In this document: positions 27,060-39,594 of the stretch, one piece after another
Position numbering within the stretch: the first letter of the stretch is position 1
Layout: each line of letters starts with the position of its first letter
Origin: Ramazzottius varieornatus
Lineage: Eukaryota > Animalia > Tardigrada
Direction: 5' to 3'
Assembly (NCBI GenBank): GCA_001949185.1
Contig: BDGG01000002.1
Location: forward strand, 620,001-684,000
Length of the DNA: 64,000 nucleotides
Position numbers and translations under genes: made by a program
The notes under the pieces: generated by a model
What the model saw: the letters and a program-made list of their open reading frames with translations, nothing else
The model's database searches: none
Told to the model about the DNA's origin: nothing

Positions 27060-28247
27060 CTATTCGAAGATTTTGTGGACAGCGGACAGAAAGTCCGGTA
27101 GAGGAGGTGGCGCAATGACGGGCGGACCACTCGGAGGCAGAACAGGTCCTGAAGGTGGGGTGGGTTGTCCGATAACCGGTGGGAGAGTCATGTCGGTACT
27201 ACCGGTCGCAGGCGGGGTCACAGTGGGAATATTATTGAATGTTTGATCTACCGGACATTGAGGCTTATTTTTGCACTGGCTGCAACGACCGAGACAACGA
27301 ATTCCCAGCGTGTTGGTGCGATCTCGAGCAATGGCGCACCGGACACTTTGCAGATCGGGAACTTCTTGGCCGTTGGTCATGCAGATGGTCGGTTGTAAAA
27401 AGACAGCGTAGCCGAAACCGTCACCGCCGGAATACGTGAAGGCCCCAACGAAGAAGCGCTTGTTGGCTTCGGCCATGAGGGCGGGATTGGCTGTGGTGGA
27501 TGTTGTCCAAACAGCGCGTGGCTTTCCCCCGGAGCTTGGCCCGCGTCCGCGCCCACCACCACCGCGACCGACACTACTGGATCCGCCACCACGGCCACCA
27601 CCGTAACCGTATCCATGATGGTGGCCCCAACCTCCGAAGTAGCCGAAGCCTCCGACGTAGGGGTTATAAAACGGTCGTGGGCAGACATTCGGTCGACCTT
27701 TGAGAAATTGAAAATTCTGCCAACGACTACATGTGCGTACGTCAACATTGTACCAAAACTCCTGCGTCTTACCGCTGTACGGGCTCAATGGATAAGTCTG
27801 GCAGGGACATCCGCCCAAACAGCGGACTCCGAGATCTGTCAAGGCAACCCAAAGTATGTAAAGTCGCTCTTGTCTGGTTGACATGGATCGGTCGGGCTTT
27901 AGAGAGACCCTGGCTTCTTACGTACTTTGACCTTGGGCGAACTGCTGTGCGAGGTTCAGTTCGCAGACGTTGGTGTAGCTCTTGCCATCATTTCCGCAAA
28001 CAGCAGTTTGGGCAGCGGCTCCGGGTGGACAGACGCATTGTTGGGAATTCTGTGCTCGTACAGCTGAAAATAACAGTAGGACATGATTATAATCTCGTAC
28101 TCAGTACTACCGCGACAAACTAGAGGAAACTCCATATAAATAACACAAAAATTGAAAAACAGTAAACTAGGATAAAACAGATAACGGTAACGGCTCATCA
28201 CGCTCACCTTGAATCAACAACAGAACGACTGCGGCAAAGGCCAACAT
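27060..28247 (-). CDS. Secreted protein with an atypical Kazal domain, a Gly/aromatic-rich region, a second degenerate Kazal-like module and a Pro/Thr tail (about 292 aa)
   Basis: Exons 28247-28208 (signal peptide MLAFAAVVLLLIQAVRA), 28063-27926 (CVCPPGAAAQTAVCGNDGKSYTNVCELN), 27835-27773 (LGVRCLGGCPC) and 27697-27060. All introns are phase 1 GT-AG. Confidence 0.85.
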
Positions 28248-29477
28248 TTTCCTACTGTGCGAACAATCGATCTGCGCAGATTGAGAGGACCAGGATCACC
28301 CTCAAAAACGGCTTCTGCCAAAAAAGTCATCAGGTTTTATAGGCGTGGACCGCAGTTTCTGAAATGGGACCTCTTCATCGATGCCCGCAGTGTCACTCAA
28401 GCACTCCAGACCACCAGGAAACCAAGGGAGCACCACGGCTTGCAGTCACGTTCGTGCAAACCCAGCGCTTCTACTGTGACGTCTTTTGGCGTCAGCAAAA
28501 CCAAAGGCCTGCCTTTCCACTTCTCCGCTTTTGCACAGCGACGCTCATTTCAAGTGGGCTGTTCTCCTAGGTTTTGTATTGTTTTATGATGGTGCAGTGG
28601 ATAACTGTAGATAGATTTAATGAGTAATTTTCTCGCAGAAAGCATGTCGACGGTTCTCCGACAACGTCAAAGATAAACTAACTCGTAAGTGGAGACATTA
28701 GAGGGCAGTACTGAATTATTTAGGTCTCTACAGCGCGGCTAGCATTTGGAAGTCTTCCTTGTGTATTCATTGCATTTTTTTGGCAGTTCGAACTTGTTAT
28801 TGTAAAGAGCTCTTTCGTTTCTTTGTCGTTGGGTTTGCGGCTCTTGAAGGCGACTTGACATCAAAATCTTAAAACTAAAGGCGACTTCTTTCGTCTTTTG
28901 GCCGGCGGACTCTTTGACGATGACTTATTTTAGGTGTTGGTGCTGGTCTCCGAACTATGATACTCGGTTTCCACAGCCCGCAAGGCACAGATCGATGTTT
29001 TCCTGGACGGTTTTTCCACTGTGACCGATTCTGAGCTTATACCATCAGATGCGGTGTGCAGAAGAAGCAAACTGATCGATAAGTAAACCATGACTGCAAA
29101 GAATTCCAACGGCTGCTTCGAATTCATAATGGCAGCGATAGAAGGAAACTAATTTATATCTACCAGGTTCAGCAGCTGTCTACTAAAGCCTACCGGGAGA
29201 ATTTTCTGAAGGGTTTTACGAGAATGTGGGCTGAGAAGGCCCCTACACGATGCCAACGCTGTGGATTGGATGGTGAGTTTTTCAGCAGAGTGTGGCATCC
29301 AAAGTATGCCAGGCACTTCGAGGACTTCGGCAGTTTAGATTTTACCTGGCGCCAGCAACTGACCATGACCGAGAGTTTGGATTGCCATCAGGGCAATTTC
29401 GTTTCATTTTCCCACGATGGACTGATAAACACAAGGAAAGATTTATTTATATTCTTGCCATGAATTTCTAAAAGGTA

Positions 29478-30571
29478 CTAATGAAACCTCCTGTCGAAAA
29501 CTAGGAAAACTTTTCTACTCGAAAATTCTGTGGATTGCAGCGGCGGTGGTGCCTCCACAGCTGGAATGGTTTTGGGAAAGCCGGGTGCTGCTGGAATACT
29601 TGTCTGACCTGGCTCTACCGTCGTCGTGATGGTCGGTGGAACAGTACGGATGGTTTCCGGTCGTTGAGTCACCGGACAGTGCGTCTGCGGCTTGACTTTG
29701 CACTGCGCGCACGGACCCAAGCAGCGCGCTGCAAGAGTCATTGTACGATCGTAGGGGATGGCATATCGCGCCGACTGCAGGTCCGGAACTTCTCCGGAAC
29801 TTGGTCAAGCATATTGGTGGTTGCTGGAAGACGGCCAAACCGAAGCCGGCCTTACCGCTGTAAGTGAAGCCACCAACGAAGAACTTTTTGTTGGCGTTCG
29901 AGACAGGAGTGGTAGCGACGGCTCGTTTCTGACGATGGAGAGCTCGCTCGGTCCAGCCTTCCGTATTCATGTCCTGAAACCCCTGTCCCATGAGGTGGTT
30001 GTGATGTTGATGACCGAACCAGTTGCCAAAGAAGCTGAAACCTCCGATGTAGGGATTGTAGAAAGGCTGAGGGCAGACAGTGACTAAATCTACGACATGA
30101 CGAAAAAATTTCCTTTATAGTCGGAGATTAATAGTTGAGGATCAAGTGTGCACGTGCTTACTGGTAATGAAGCCAATAATGGTTCCCAAACAGCGAACCC
30201 CGAGATCTACGAGGAAAATATCGTTGCAATCGCAAGGTAAGTTTGTGTGACCCAGAAAGAGGAAGAGAGGGAAGACGGGGGACATACTTTGATCGGATTG
30301 TTGGGCAATATTGTAACGCTTAGGTAAACGTTACGTTTAGATTACAGACGTTGTTGTTGCTCTTGCCATCATTTCCACAGACGGAAGTGTGAGCAGCAGG
30401 TCCAGCTGGGCAGACACACTGAGATACATTCTGAGACGATGCCCCTGAAAGCGATTAGGTTACAACTGCTATGTGGAAATGGGTGTTCTGGAAACGTGAA
30501 GTTAGGGGCTTATCACCTTGTAAACAGATGACCCAAACTGCGGCCTGTCCGGTGATCGATGAAGAGGTCAC
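29478..30571 (-). pseudogene. Tandem paralog of the Kazal-like gene, inactivated
   Basis: Same four-exon layout. The likely start codon is GTG (30571). A 25-nt insertion at 30310-30334 introduces a stop, GCPC is deleted, and there is a frameshift at 29782-29802. Confidence 0.85.
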
Positions 30572-31173
30572 TTTTTCAAAGTTGTGAGGTTCGCGTCGAT
30601 GTAAAGTTGCACCACAGTAGGGGTACGTGGAAAGGAAAGAAGTTAGTCTTTCGCTTTTTGAATGGTTCTTTTTTTATATGGAGTGAAGGTGGGCGACCAA
30701 ATGGTTTTTGTGCGTGAAGAAGATGTCCATTTCACGCTTCAAGTATTGACTCACGTCATTGTCCTCTCCAGAAACTGGAGGACCAACCGCGCGTCAAGCA
30801 ATTCGAGGCACATGAAAACACCTTTAGGCGTGGTCAGCACGTTTCGTTTTTCGTGTCCCATCATTTTCGAAATTTCGCACTGTAACTCGGACTATACACT
30901 TTCACAGACCTGACAGAAACCTTGCCGGATCGAATGGTTTCGTCTGCAACCCTTCACTCGATAGCTTTGAATCTCTGAAATTTGTTTGAAACAATCGACA
31001 TCATCGCGAAAGACGAAACTGGAAAGCTTTTTCTCGGAGTTCCAAAATGCATGCGTACTGTCTACGCTCATAAGAGCTCGCTGATGCACCACCGGTGGCA
31101 GCAGCGGATTGATTTTCACTTCTTTTCTGTCCACAGGTCCACACGAGGAGCTGTTATCATCGGCTCGGCAGCG

Positions 31174-31758
31174 ATGATTCTGGCCACATTGTTGTTTCAT
31201 TCTTGACCTGGAGTAGAAATGCTGTGAATGCAATTCTGCATATATCTGGCATGGCCAGCAACCATCATTCTCATCTGAGTTCGACAGAAGAAGCCGGGTT
31301 CGCTGTTGATCTGTTCAAAGCAGTAGCCAAAGGAACATCGGCAACAGAAAACATCGTCCTGTATCCATCTTCCGCGGAATGGCTGTTAGCAACATTGTAC
31401 CCGGGGCTGCGCGAAGACTGCGGTGAAGACTTGTCGAGAGTTCTGCAGCTGAGTGGAAGATCTCTGACCGATTTAACCACAAAGTTGCAGTCGATAACAA
31501 GAAGTCCGGAATCTATGATCTCCTATAGGCTTCGAATAGCCCACCGTGTTTTTGCTGACAGCAGTACTCATGTGCGTTCGGATTACGCCAACATCGTTTC
31601 TGCTGCACTAAACGGTCTTATCCATACCGTTCCGTTTAAATCGGATCACAGAAAAGCTCATCAGACGCTCGTGAGTTTCGTAAAGGAGGGCACGGATGGA
31701 CGCATGTCTGATATCAATGACGACCAATACGCAGCAAACACAAGTTTGATACTGCTCA
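31174..31758 (+). pseudogene. Serpin N-terminal half, truncated by a transposon
   Basis: FAVDLFKAV...ENIVLYPSS...LRIAHRVF...VPFK...AHQTLVSFVKEGTDGRMSDI...TSLILL follows the serpin helix A to strand 3A pattern. The signal-peptide-like start (ATG 31174) is out of frame with the body. No C-terminal half was recognised. Confidence 0.75.
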
Positions 31759-34106
31759 CGAGGGGGTTTAGCCTGTCCTCCAGTCTCAATTCCGAAACCG
31801 AAACGGTAGAAAGATAAAGAGCTTCCTCTATCGACTGGGACAGTCGTAACCGGCTCAAAACTATCCTGGAAAAGACAGCACGAAGCGGAAGTGACGTAAG
31901 AATCTGGGCGGTACATGGCTATTCCGTCTAATCAAGTGGTTTGATCAACTATTGGTTGATTGGTCTTTTGATTGACGAAACTGGACTTGCATTGGATTAG
32001 CTGGTATTCAGTACAACGGCGAGCCTGTGGATGTTTTCCATGAACATTCTTCCGTTTTCTTTTTCTTCACAATTCGAACGACATGCATACTGTCAATCCT
32101 ATGAACATCCTGAAGCTTCTGGAGACAGAATATGGGCAGCACTTCCAGCCAAGCGACTCACCAAGTGCAGCTGATAAGCTGTTGAAGAAATTTGTCAAAG
32201 GTATTGATTCTTACTAATAATGTCGCTGCTGTGTGATATACGAGTTGACTGTTCTGTTTCAGAATTTTTGGACATTCATCATAGCCAGGCTGGCTGCCCT
32301 GTTTTGCCTACCGAGGAGCTCACTAACACCACAACATTCGATGAGTTCGAGAAGTCCATAACCGAAACCAACCTGTTGAATGGTTATACAGAGGACGATT
32401 TCGATGCTACTCCAGACGATCGTCTCACGAACTACGAACCTCCATCCAACGAAACTGAACCGTCGTCGCGCGGGCTGTTCTTTCCTAGAATACAGATTCC
32501 CAAAGTTCCATTTGATCAAGCAGCCGACGTTGACTGCAAGAAACGGGCCGTGATTTTCTGCTCTGAGCCAGTCACTGAGAAGCGTCGTGGTCTGTCGTGC
32601 ATGCAGAAAAGATTCAAGAAGGTAACTAGCGTACGCTAGCTGAACGAATGGGAGACAGTTAGCAGCGGGAGGCTCGCGAATCGATAAGCTGAAAGCCATG
32701 GGAAAACAGTTCTTCCTCTCCAAGCAGAAACCTCACGTCGTAAAAGACATGGACATCCAGCGATGGGCTTTCACAACAAACCATGATGTTGGTCTGGCTG
32801 GCTTTAAAGCTTCGTCTTGGTGGGTCGCAAAATGCAAACGGTAAGTGTGGAGTGAGAGGCTAGTACGGATGTCATTAAGCAAAATATCCTAATAGATTTT
32901 TTCTTTTAGGTACTTTGGCATTTGCGACGGAAAGACCACCAAGTTTGTCACGGAAAAGTACCTGGAAGAAGAACCGGAAATGGAGAAGAGAGCGGATGAA
33001 TGCGTTGCTATAGTCAAATCAAGGATTCAAGCCTATGGGCTGGACTGCTTATAGAATGCAGACCAGTCAGGCTTTGAGTACGAGATGCTTCCAGGTCGAA
33101 CTCTGGAATTTGTCGGCGCAAAACATGTTTTGGCACTCACGCGATCAGAAAATTCTATGCCTCACAGTTATACGGTTATGATATGCGTCTCTCCAGGTAA
33201 GTTTCCACCGGTTCTCTTCCTCACCCTGCAAGAAGACAAGGGTGTCCTCGGGCCCATCGTCAAACGAGCCATGTACAAAACTAGAAACCTTCATGTGATC
33301 GCTTCGACTTCCGGCAAGATGACCGAGCAGCTGCTCATCGAGTGGTGTGAGAAAGTGTTCTTTCCGCATATGCATCATTACTGCATATTCCTAGCCGAAT
33401 TTTGGCCAACGTTCGCTGATGAAGACGTTGTCGAGGAAATCAAACCTGGAGAGCTCGAGTACGAGATTATCACGATTCCACCCAAAGTAACCAGTCAAAT
33501 TCAGCCACTTGACGTCCTCTGTTTCCGTATGTACAAGGGATACTTCCGAAAGATTTCCAACTGGATATTCCTGAATGATCAGCCCGGGCAGGTGCATCAC
33601 CGAGATTTGATCATTAAACTACATTCGTTGATCTATCAGCAGTTCACTTCGCCCAGATTCCAAAACCTAATCGAACAAGGTTGGCACTTGTCAGGTTACA
33701 TTAACAAGTCCTTCACGTCTGTGAATCCGACGGAATTCTCTTTCGATGGTCTGACTGGCCACTGCGACCACGACAGCTGCTCACGTTCGCTGCTCCTAAA
33801 ATTTGGCTGGTGTAAAGCTCCTCTTTGCTTTCATCATTTCCGCGAGAGATACCACTTTTGTAAAATGTATCTTCCTTGACATGTAGATCCAGACCTCATT
33901 CCAATTAGACGATAGATGCCTGATAAAATCAGTAGCCGTGTACCGCCCAGATTCCGTCACTATTACGTCACTTCAGCTTCCTGCTGTATTTTCCAGGATA
34001 GTTTTGAGCCGGTTACGACTGTCCCAGTCGATAGAAGAAGCTCTTCTCTATCTTTCTACCGTTTCAGTTTCGGAATTGAGACTGGAGGAGAGGCTAAACC
34101 CCCTCG
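31759..34106 (+). mobile_element. Tc4/Tc5-like (pogo group) transposon with long TIRs and a 3-bp TNA TSD
   Basis: About 165-bp TIRs starting CGAGGGGGTTTAGCCT (31759-31920 / 33933-34106). TCA is duplicated at 31756-58 and 34107-09. Confidence 0.9.
32083..33879 (+). pseudogene. Tc5-like transposase with two introns, inactivated
   Basis: Introns at about 32201-32262 and 32841-32909. Motifs FKASSWWVAK, NADQSGF, HSYTVM, STSGKMT, IPPKVTSQIQPLD and a C-terminal Cys/His cluster. TAG stops at 32637 and 33052. The second catalytic D region reads AEFW. Confidence 0.85.
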
Positions 34107-35600
34107 TCAAGTACCAATAGTCATGGCTCGCGTTCCGAATTCTTCTCCATGTGCGCATTGAAGCGCCACCATTAATTCCACTTATCTAGTTTGTGAGCAT
34201 AGTATATAGTACGTCATACGTTACGAAGCTGTTCCGATCAATTTTATATATACTGTATGTAATGCATCATTTGCTTTTCTGTAATCTGTATCTACCTCTT
34301 GCTGAAGCTACTCGTACCCATAATAATATTCAATATTCAAGAATTAATAGACACCGTAACTTCCTATCCGAATCGGATCATGTCGTTATCCATATCACTG
34401 CCCACTTGCATAATCAGCGGACCAAGTGCACTTTACAAGGCCTAAACTGGCTGTGTCTAGGGCCCTCGGATGAGGTGAAATAAAGATTAATATCCATTAG
34501 GGGTCGTATTTTTCAGATTCATCCTGTCTTTAGGCTTTTCTCGTCATAAACACACATAAGCGTGTGAGAATCTACCTGGATGGAAAACAGGTCCAGCGCG
34601 TCCCGGTTCGGCAGAAGCAACAAGAACTTTTGTGCGCAACGATGTACGAGTAAGCGGATTACATGTGTACAGTAAGCAGGTTCGTCAAGAGCACAGCCTG
34701 CACCGAGGTAAGCTCCACCCAAGGATTCTTCACGTCACCCAAAGTTCGTTCACATTGATCGACTTGTCGACATATTGCAGTGGTCGTTCAAAACTTGTTA
34801 ATCCACTGAAAACTTTACTTTGGCTATAACGTGAGAGAGCCCTGGGCGGAGCCTTGCTCGGTCAGCTTCCGCGTTGTTGAAACTTTGTCGAAACTCGGAC
34901 AACTTTGTCCAATGCACGTTGGCATGATTCGATTGTTGAATTCCAGTACTAACAGACGCAACAGACTGAGCTAGGTAAAAGGAGGTCGGGCTATCGCGAC
35001 GTGACCGTCTTCGTGACAAATATTTGAGAGTTGTCGGTACGTGGCTCTTCTGGCATTCGAAATCGCTGCAGCCCGGGGTACTCCGATTAATCGTAACTGC
35101 AATTAAAATCCAAAAAGTCATACTGGAACAACACTGGGCGTGTAAGCTCTTCATGTAGACTGGGCTTTGGTCCTCCTTAATATCGGTTTGTCGAGGTGGA
35201 TGATCTTGCTGCCGATGGACAGTCGGGACTTTAGCCAGCCGCACCACAGACACTTCTACCCCAAAATCAACCTCAAATACCTTACGCCAAACTTCATGAA
35301 GACAGCGACAAGTGCATACTGTACAGTTCTCATTTTCGCTTTTTTGAATTAAAGAAATGTATCTCACTTCCGGCCATGATCACGTAATGGAGTCAGCGCA
35401 CTTGCAATTGCCGAGCTGGACTTTGGAAGCTCCCTGAATGGAGTTTGATCGGCACGCGTGTTCTCGATCCATGTACAGTCCCACCTGTGAGCTGTACTGT
35501 ACTGATAAACACAGTCAAAAACTTTGTTCAATATAAGTCCTCATACGTACGACTCTGATCACTTCAGGAAACTTTGTGTAAAAATTCTCAACACGAAATA

Positions 35601-35858
35601 CAGTCCTACCTGTGAGCTGTGACAATTGCTTCTTCTGCAACCGAACAGCGTTTCTGCACGAGACCGGTGGCCATGCACTGCGCAGCACGATCAGCTGATC
35701 GACGTCCGGTTATGGCTTAACTTGATCGAGTAATCAAGCGCGTGTCCGATCAGCTAATCGGTCTCATGCGAACAGCATAGCGAGCAGCCCCGTGTACTCA
35801 CGAACCGTCCGGAACCGAAATCGGGCGTTTGAACTGTCACATCTCACAGGTAGGACTG
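35601..35858. mobile_element. Tc1/pogo-type MITE
   Basis: 27-bp TIR CAGTCCTACCTGTGAG(C/A)TGTGACA(A/G)TT with a TA TSD. A solo copy of the TIR lies at about 35476-35495. Confidence 0.85.
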
Positions 35859-35860
35859 TA

Positions 35861-35975
35861 CTGTATACTCTCCCGAAATTCACGTACGTCACTCCATTCA
35901 GAGTGTAAAACTAGACGGTAAGACCCCAATGATTTGAGAGTCAGTGACGTACGTGAATTTCGGGAGAGCATACAG
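35861..35975. mobile_element. Abutting 115-bp MITE
   Basis: 33-bp IR CTGTAT(A/G)CTCTCCCGAAATTCACGTACGTCACT, TA flanked, sharing the TA with the previous MITE. Confidence 0.75.
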
Positions 35976-37406
35976 TACAGTATTTGTGCCACTCGGAGGT
36001 TAAGGCAAGCATGTACTGCGTCGGTTTCCGGGTTCGTTACGTTATGACATGCAAATACCGCGCTTGTCTTGTAGTCCAGAACCTTTCGAAAGTAGAATTC
36101 GCATTCCGGCGTTGCACATCAAAACTTGTGTTTGCGCAGAGACTGTCTGCAGGTAGTGGAAAACTAAAGTTGCTCTTAATCCTAAAGGATCATAAATCAT
36201 TACGAGTTGTGCTCTAGATGGCGCCACTGGAGTAGTTACCGTTCTGCAAAACGATCTGCTTTCACCTAAACTGGCTTTTACTCATGCGTTCCGAATAATG
36301 CTTGACCATAACATTAAACCTGAACAAGTACTGCTGTATTGATTTCAACGAGGACGTAATATATGAGGATGAGCGTGGCGTGATCTAGTGAGAAGCACCG
36401 TGTAAAAGCCGAAAACCGGGAAAGTTCCCGCTTGTTTACGGCGCAAGCCATAATCGTCAGCAAAATCTTTTGACGATCTGATTGTTCGATATTTTAATAT
36501 AGGCATTGAACCTGTTTTGAACATGTAGAGTACATGCGGCATCATCGCCCGAAGGTTCGTTACGACACGATTGCGGCCAAGGCGCTTGCATAACGTTCGT
36601 CTACTTCGTTTTGTAAACGGGCAGCCACTGCGCCATCAAGTGCTGCGGGTTGTAGAAATCCGTCAGCGTACAAGGAAAAATTTTAATGATGAATCGTGCC
36701 GGAACTCGTGACTCTCCAATTTGAGCCCGAGCTGACGAGCTTCCTTGCGCTGCTGTCTTCGCTTTCCGTACGCGCACAGCATAAAAGTCGATTGTCAAGG
36801 CCTGCTTAATCCAATGTACTTCCAACCTCGATGGATGATCTAACCGCAAGGCACTATGCAATATACGAATTCCTGTACGCCATGCAGGGCTGACTTGACA
36901 TAGCTGTGCAGCAGGCAGAACGCACTTGCACTTGAAAATTTTGAAGAAGAAAATGCAAAAGCCAAAGCCTGTTGAACAGTCTTTGTTCAACCCACATTAT
37001 GAATATCGTACCCTCGTTACACAACAATCTTTACGACCTGCTTTCAACTAATTCTCATATTTCGTAAAACAAGGATACCGTGACACTTCTATGGGAGCGT
37101 CTTCCCGTTTATGCTAATGCAACTTCCGTAATGGTCATCTGAAGCAATTAAGAGACATCCAGGAAATTAGTTTCGTGGCCGGTCCAAATCAACTACGCTA
37201 TACCAGTCAGTGCCACTTTGCTACGCTTCAGTGTGATCGGATTTTGCTCCAGGTAAGAATTTAATTTCCATCCCCGCTATGAAGTTTTTATTGATTTTAT
37301 TCCCTTAGAAATTGTTTTCTCCCCAAGAGGTGTCCCCAAGACTCCTCATCCGGTAATCTTTTTCCTTCTGGGCCATACTTTATCGTATTCTATGTGCTTG
37401 TAGGTG

Positions 37407-39594
37407 ATGGCCGATTGGTGGTTGAAGGCAAATGTGTCAGGCTCGCACTCTCCCTCTCTGGCCCCAATGCACTCTACGCCATTGCACGGCCTGGCGCCAA
37501 CAGCTGCTCCCTCACCCATGGACGGTGATCCTCGGCATCGCCATCCTTCAGGCGCGGAAGAAGAGCCCCAGTCCCGTCTCCGAGCCAACACTTGGCCACT
37601 CAACCCCAACCTGCACGAAGATGAGCAAGAAGAGCAGTCCTCGCCGGCCCTGGCGCCTCTCCCTGAAGAAGACGGCAGTGGGACGTCGGAAAGTGTTGAG
37701 AATGTCTGCCAGAGGGTCCCGGGAGAGGTTGTCTCGTCTGGAAAGTCAGCTGGGAAGAAGAACAGTGCAAGGAGGAATCCCTGGGGTAACATGTCGTATG
37801 CGGACCTGATCGAGAAATCAATTGAAAGCTCACCTGACAAACGACTCACGGTAATGCTTATGCCATCTTGCATACCTATGATGTCACGCTGCTTCACCTG
37901 ACCAGTGGCTCACCGCCCGTACAGCACGTACTGGCTCATGACGTCATGCGTCAGTGCTGATCATACGGCCGTTAATGTCCGCTTTCAGTGTCTTCCCATA
38001 TTTTACCATGCGTGACGACTCTTTTTCTTCCTTTCAGCTCTCTCAGATTTATGATTGGCTAGTCCAGAATATTCCCTACTTTAAGGAGAAAGCCGATGCC
38101 AACAGCGCTGCGGGATGGAAGGTAAAGAAAATTTTCAAGTGAAGTGTTGTGTAATGCGCGAGCGAAACAGGATGAATGTGAAATCGACTTTGACCTCATT
38201 TCCGTTTCTGAAGTGGAGCAATTCGATGTAAAGGGGTGTTCTCTATTTCAGAACTCGGTTCGACACAATCTCTCCCTGCACAATCGTTTCATGCGAGTGC
38301 AGAACGAGACGGGGACGGGCAAGAGTTCGTGGTGGATCGTCAACCAGAGCGCCAAGTTCGACAAGCCCTCACGACGTCGCGCAGCCACCATGGAGCCCAA
38401 AGAACACGATAAACGCAAGCCGGGACGTCTGAAGAAGGGGCTGCTAAAAGATGACTACCAGCGCAATGGCAGTCCCATCCTGGGCAGTGCGGACGGCTCC
38501 ACAGGAGACCTCTCTGGCTACGCTCAGCACTCCCTGACTGATTTCCGATCTCGTGCCGACTCTGCAGCCAGCTGCTACTCGTGCTTGTCGCCCAGGTCGC
38601 CCACTCCTTTGGACGATCATCCCTCGCCCACCATCTCACCCCATGCCTGGCATTCTCCTCAACCACCCACAAACCCATCCACAAGTAAGGCCGAAAACTA
38701 ATCCTTGCTCCATAGATGAAAAACCCGAGAAATCCATCTCCGGCTGGACATTTCTGTTACTGTAAGAAACAATGTCATGCTTTTCCATACCAGATTGCAC
38801 ATTTTGTCGTGATTTCGACCATCTTTTACAAAACGGGCCATTGCCTATTTTCTACGATAAATTTTCTACCAAAATTTCCGAATACTCGAAACGGCCCGTC
38901 AGCACTGCCGGTTTTCTACGATAACATATTAATAACATTGATAACATATTAATAACATTAATAACATTTCTGCTGAGTGTCAGGAAGAACGGGTTACCTT
39001 TTGGTAAATTTCTTCTTGGACCGGCAACCTATTATGCGATCGATATCACCAGCCTTTAATGACATCCGTTGCTCTGGTTTTGCAGGCTTTAATTACGAGA
39101 GCGATTTCTCCAGCCAGCTAGCCAAGACGATGCGGCTGAGCGATGCTAATAATCGATCGATGAACGGTAGCAGCACTGCCACCCCCGTCAGTAGCAGCTA
39201 CGCACCTTTCGCTCCGGCCCTCGACACGACCCTCTCGGGCTTCTTTCACAACACACAGAGGTCTTTTCCTTCCATCCCCGAAGAGCCCAGATTGAATTTC
39301 TTTAACGGTACTGCACATGACACTCATCACGACGCCTACCACAATCCCCAGCACACCATCACATCAGCCAATCACGCCAGTGGCGGCAACTTTAGCACAC
39401 TCAGCCACTATCCATACCAGTGGTCCTCATTGCCACACGATCTAGAGTCCATCGCGGCCGAACCCGTCCATTCGTTTGATTTTGACTGGGAAGAATTACT
39501 GCAGCAGGAAGCCGCCATCGAGCGCATGCAACACGGCGGACACGTCCATACTATCGTCCAACCGCCCCATCACAACGATGGTCATCGCCTGTAA
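37407..39594 (+). CDS. foxo: Forkhead box O transcription factor (about 489 aa)
   Basis: Exons 37407-37850, 38038-38121, 38252-38684 and 39086-39594. Forkhead [12 protein letters not shown]...RLTLSQIYDW...[17 protein letters not shown]...GKSSWW. Three Akt sites ([20 protein letters not shown]) and a C-terminal LPHDL...DWEELL transactivation-like motif. The start codon is uncertain because there is an upstream exon donor at 37253. Confidence 0.95.
38920..38968. repeat. Short AT-rich tandem repeat in FoxO intron 3
   Basis: GATAACATATTAATAACATT x2 plus a partial copy. Confidence 0.7.

Noticed and set aside
35167-35352. RWMILLP as the missing serpin strand
   Set aside because: It is an isolated short resemblance with no YFKG, hinge or reactive-loop motif nearby.
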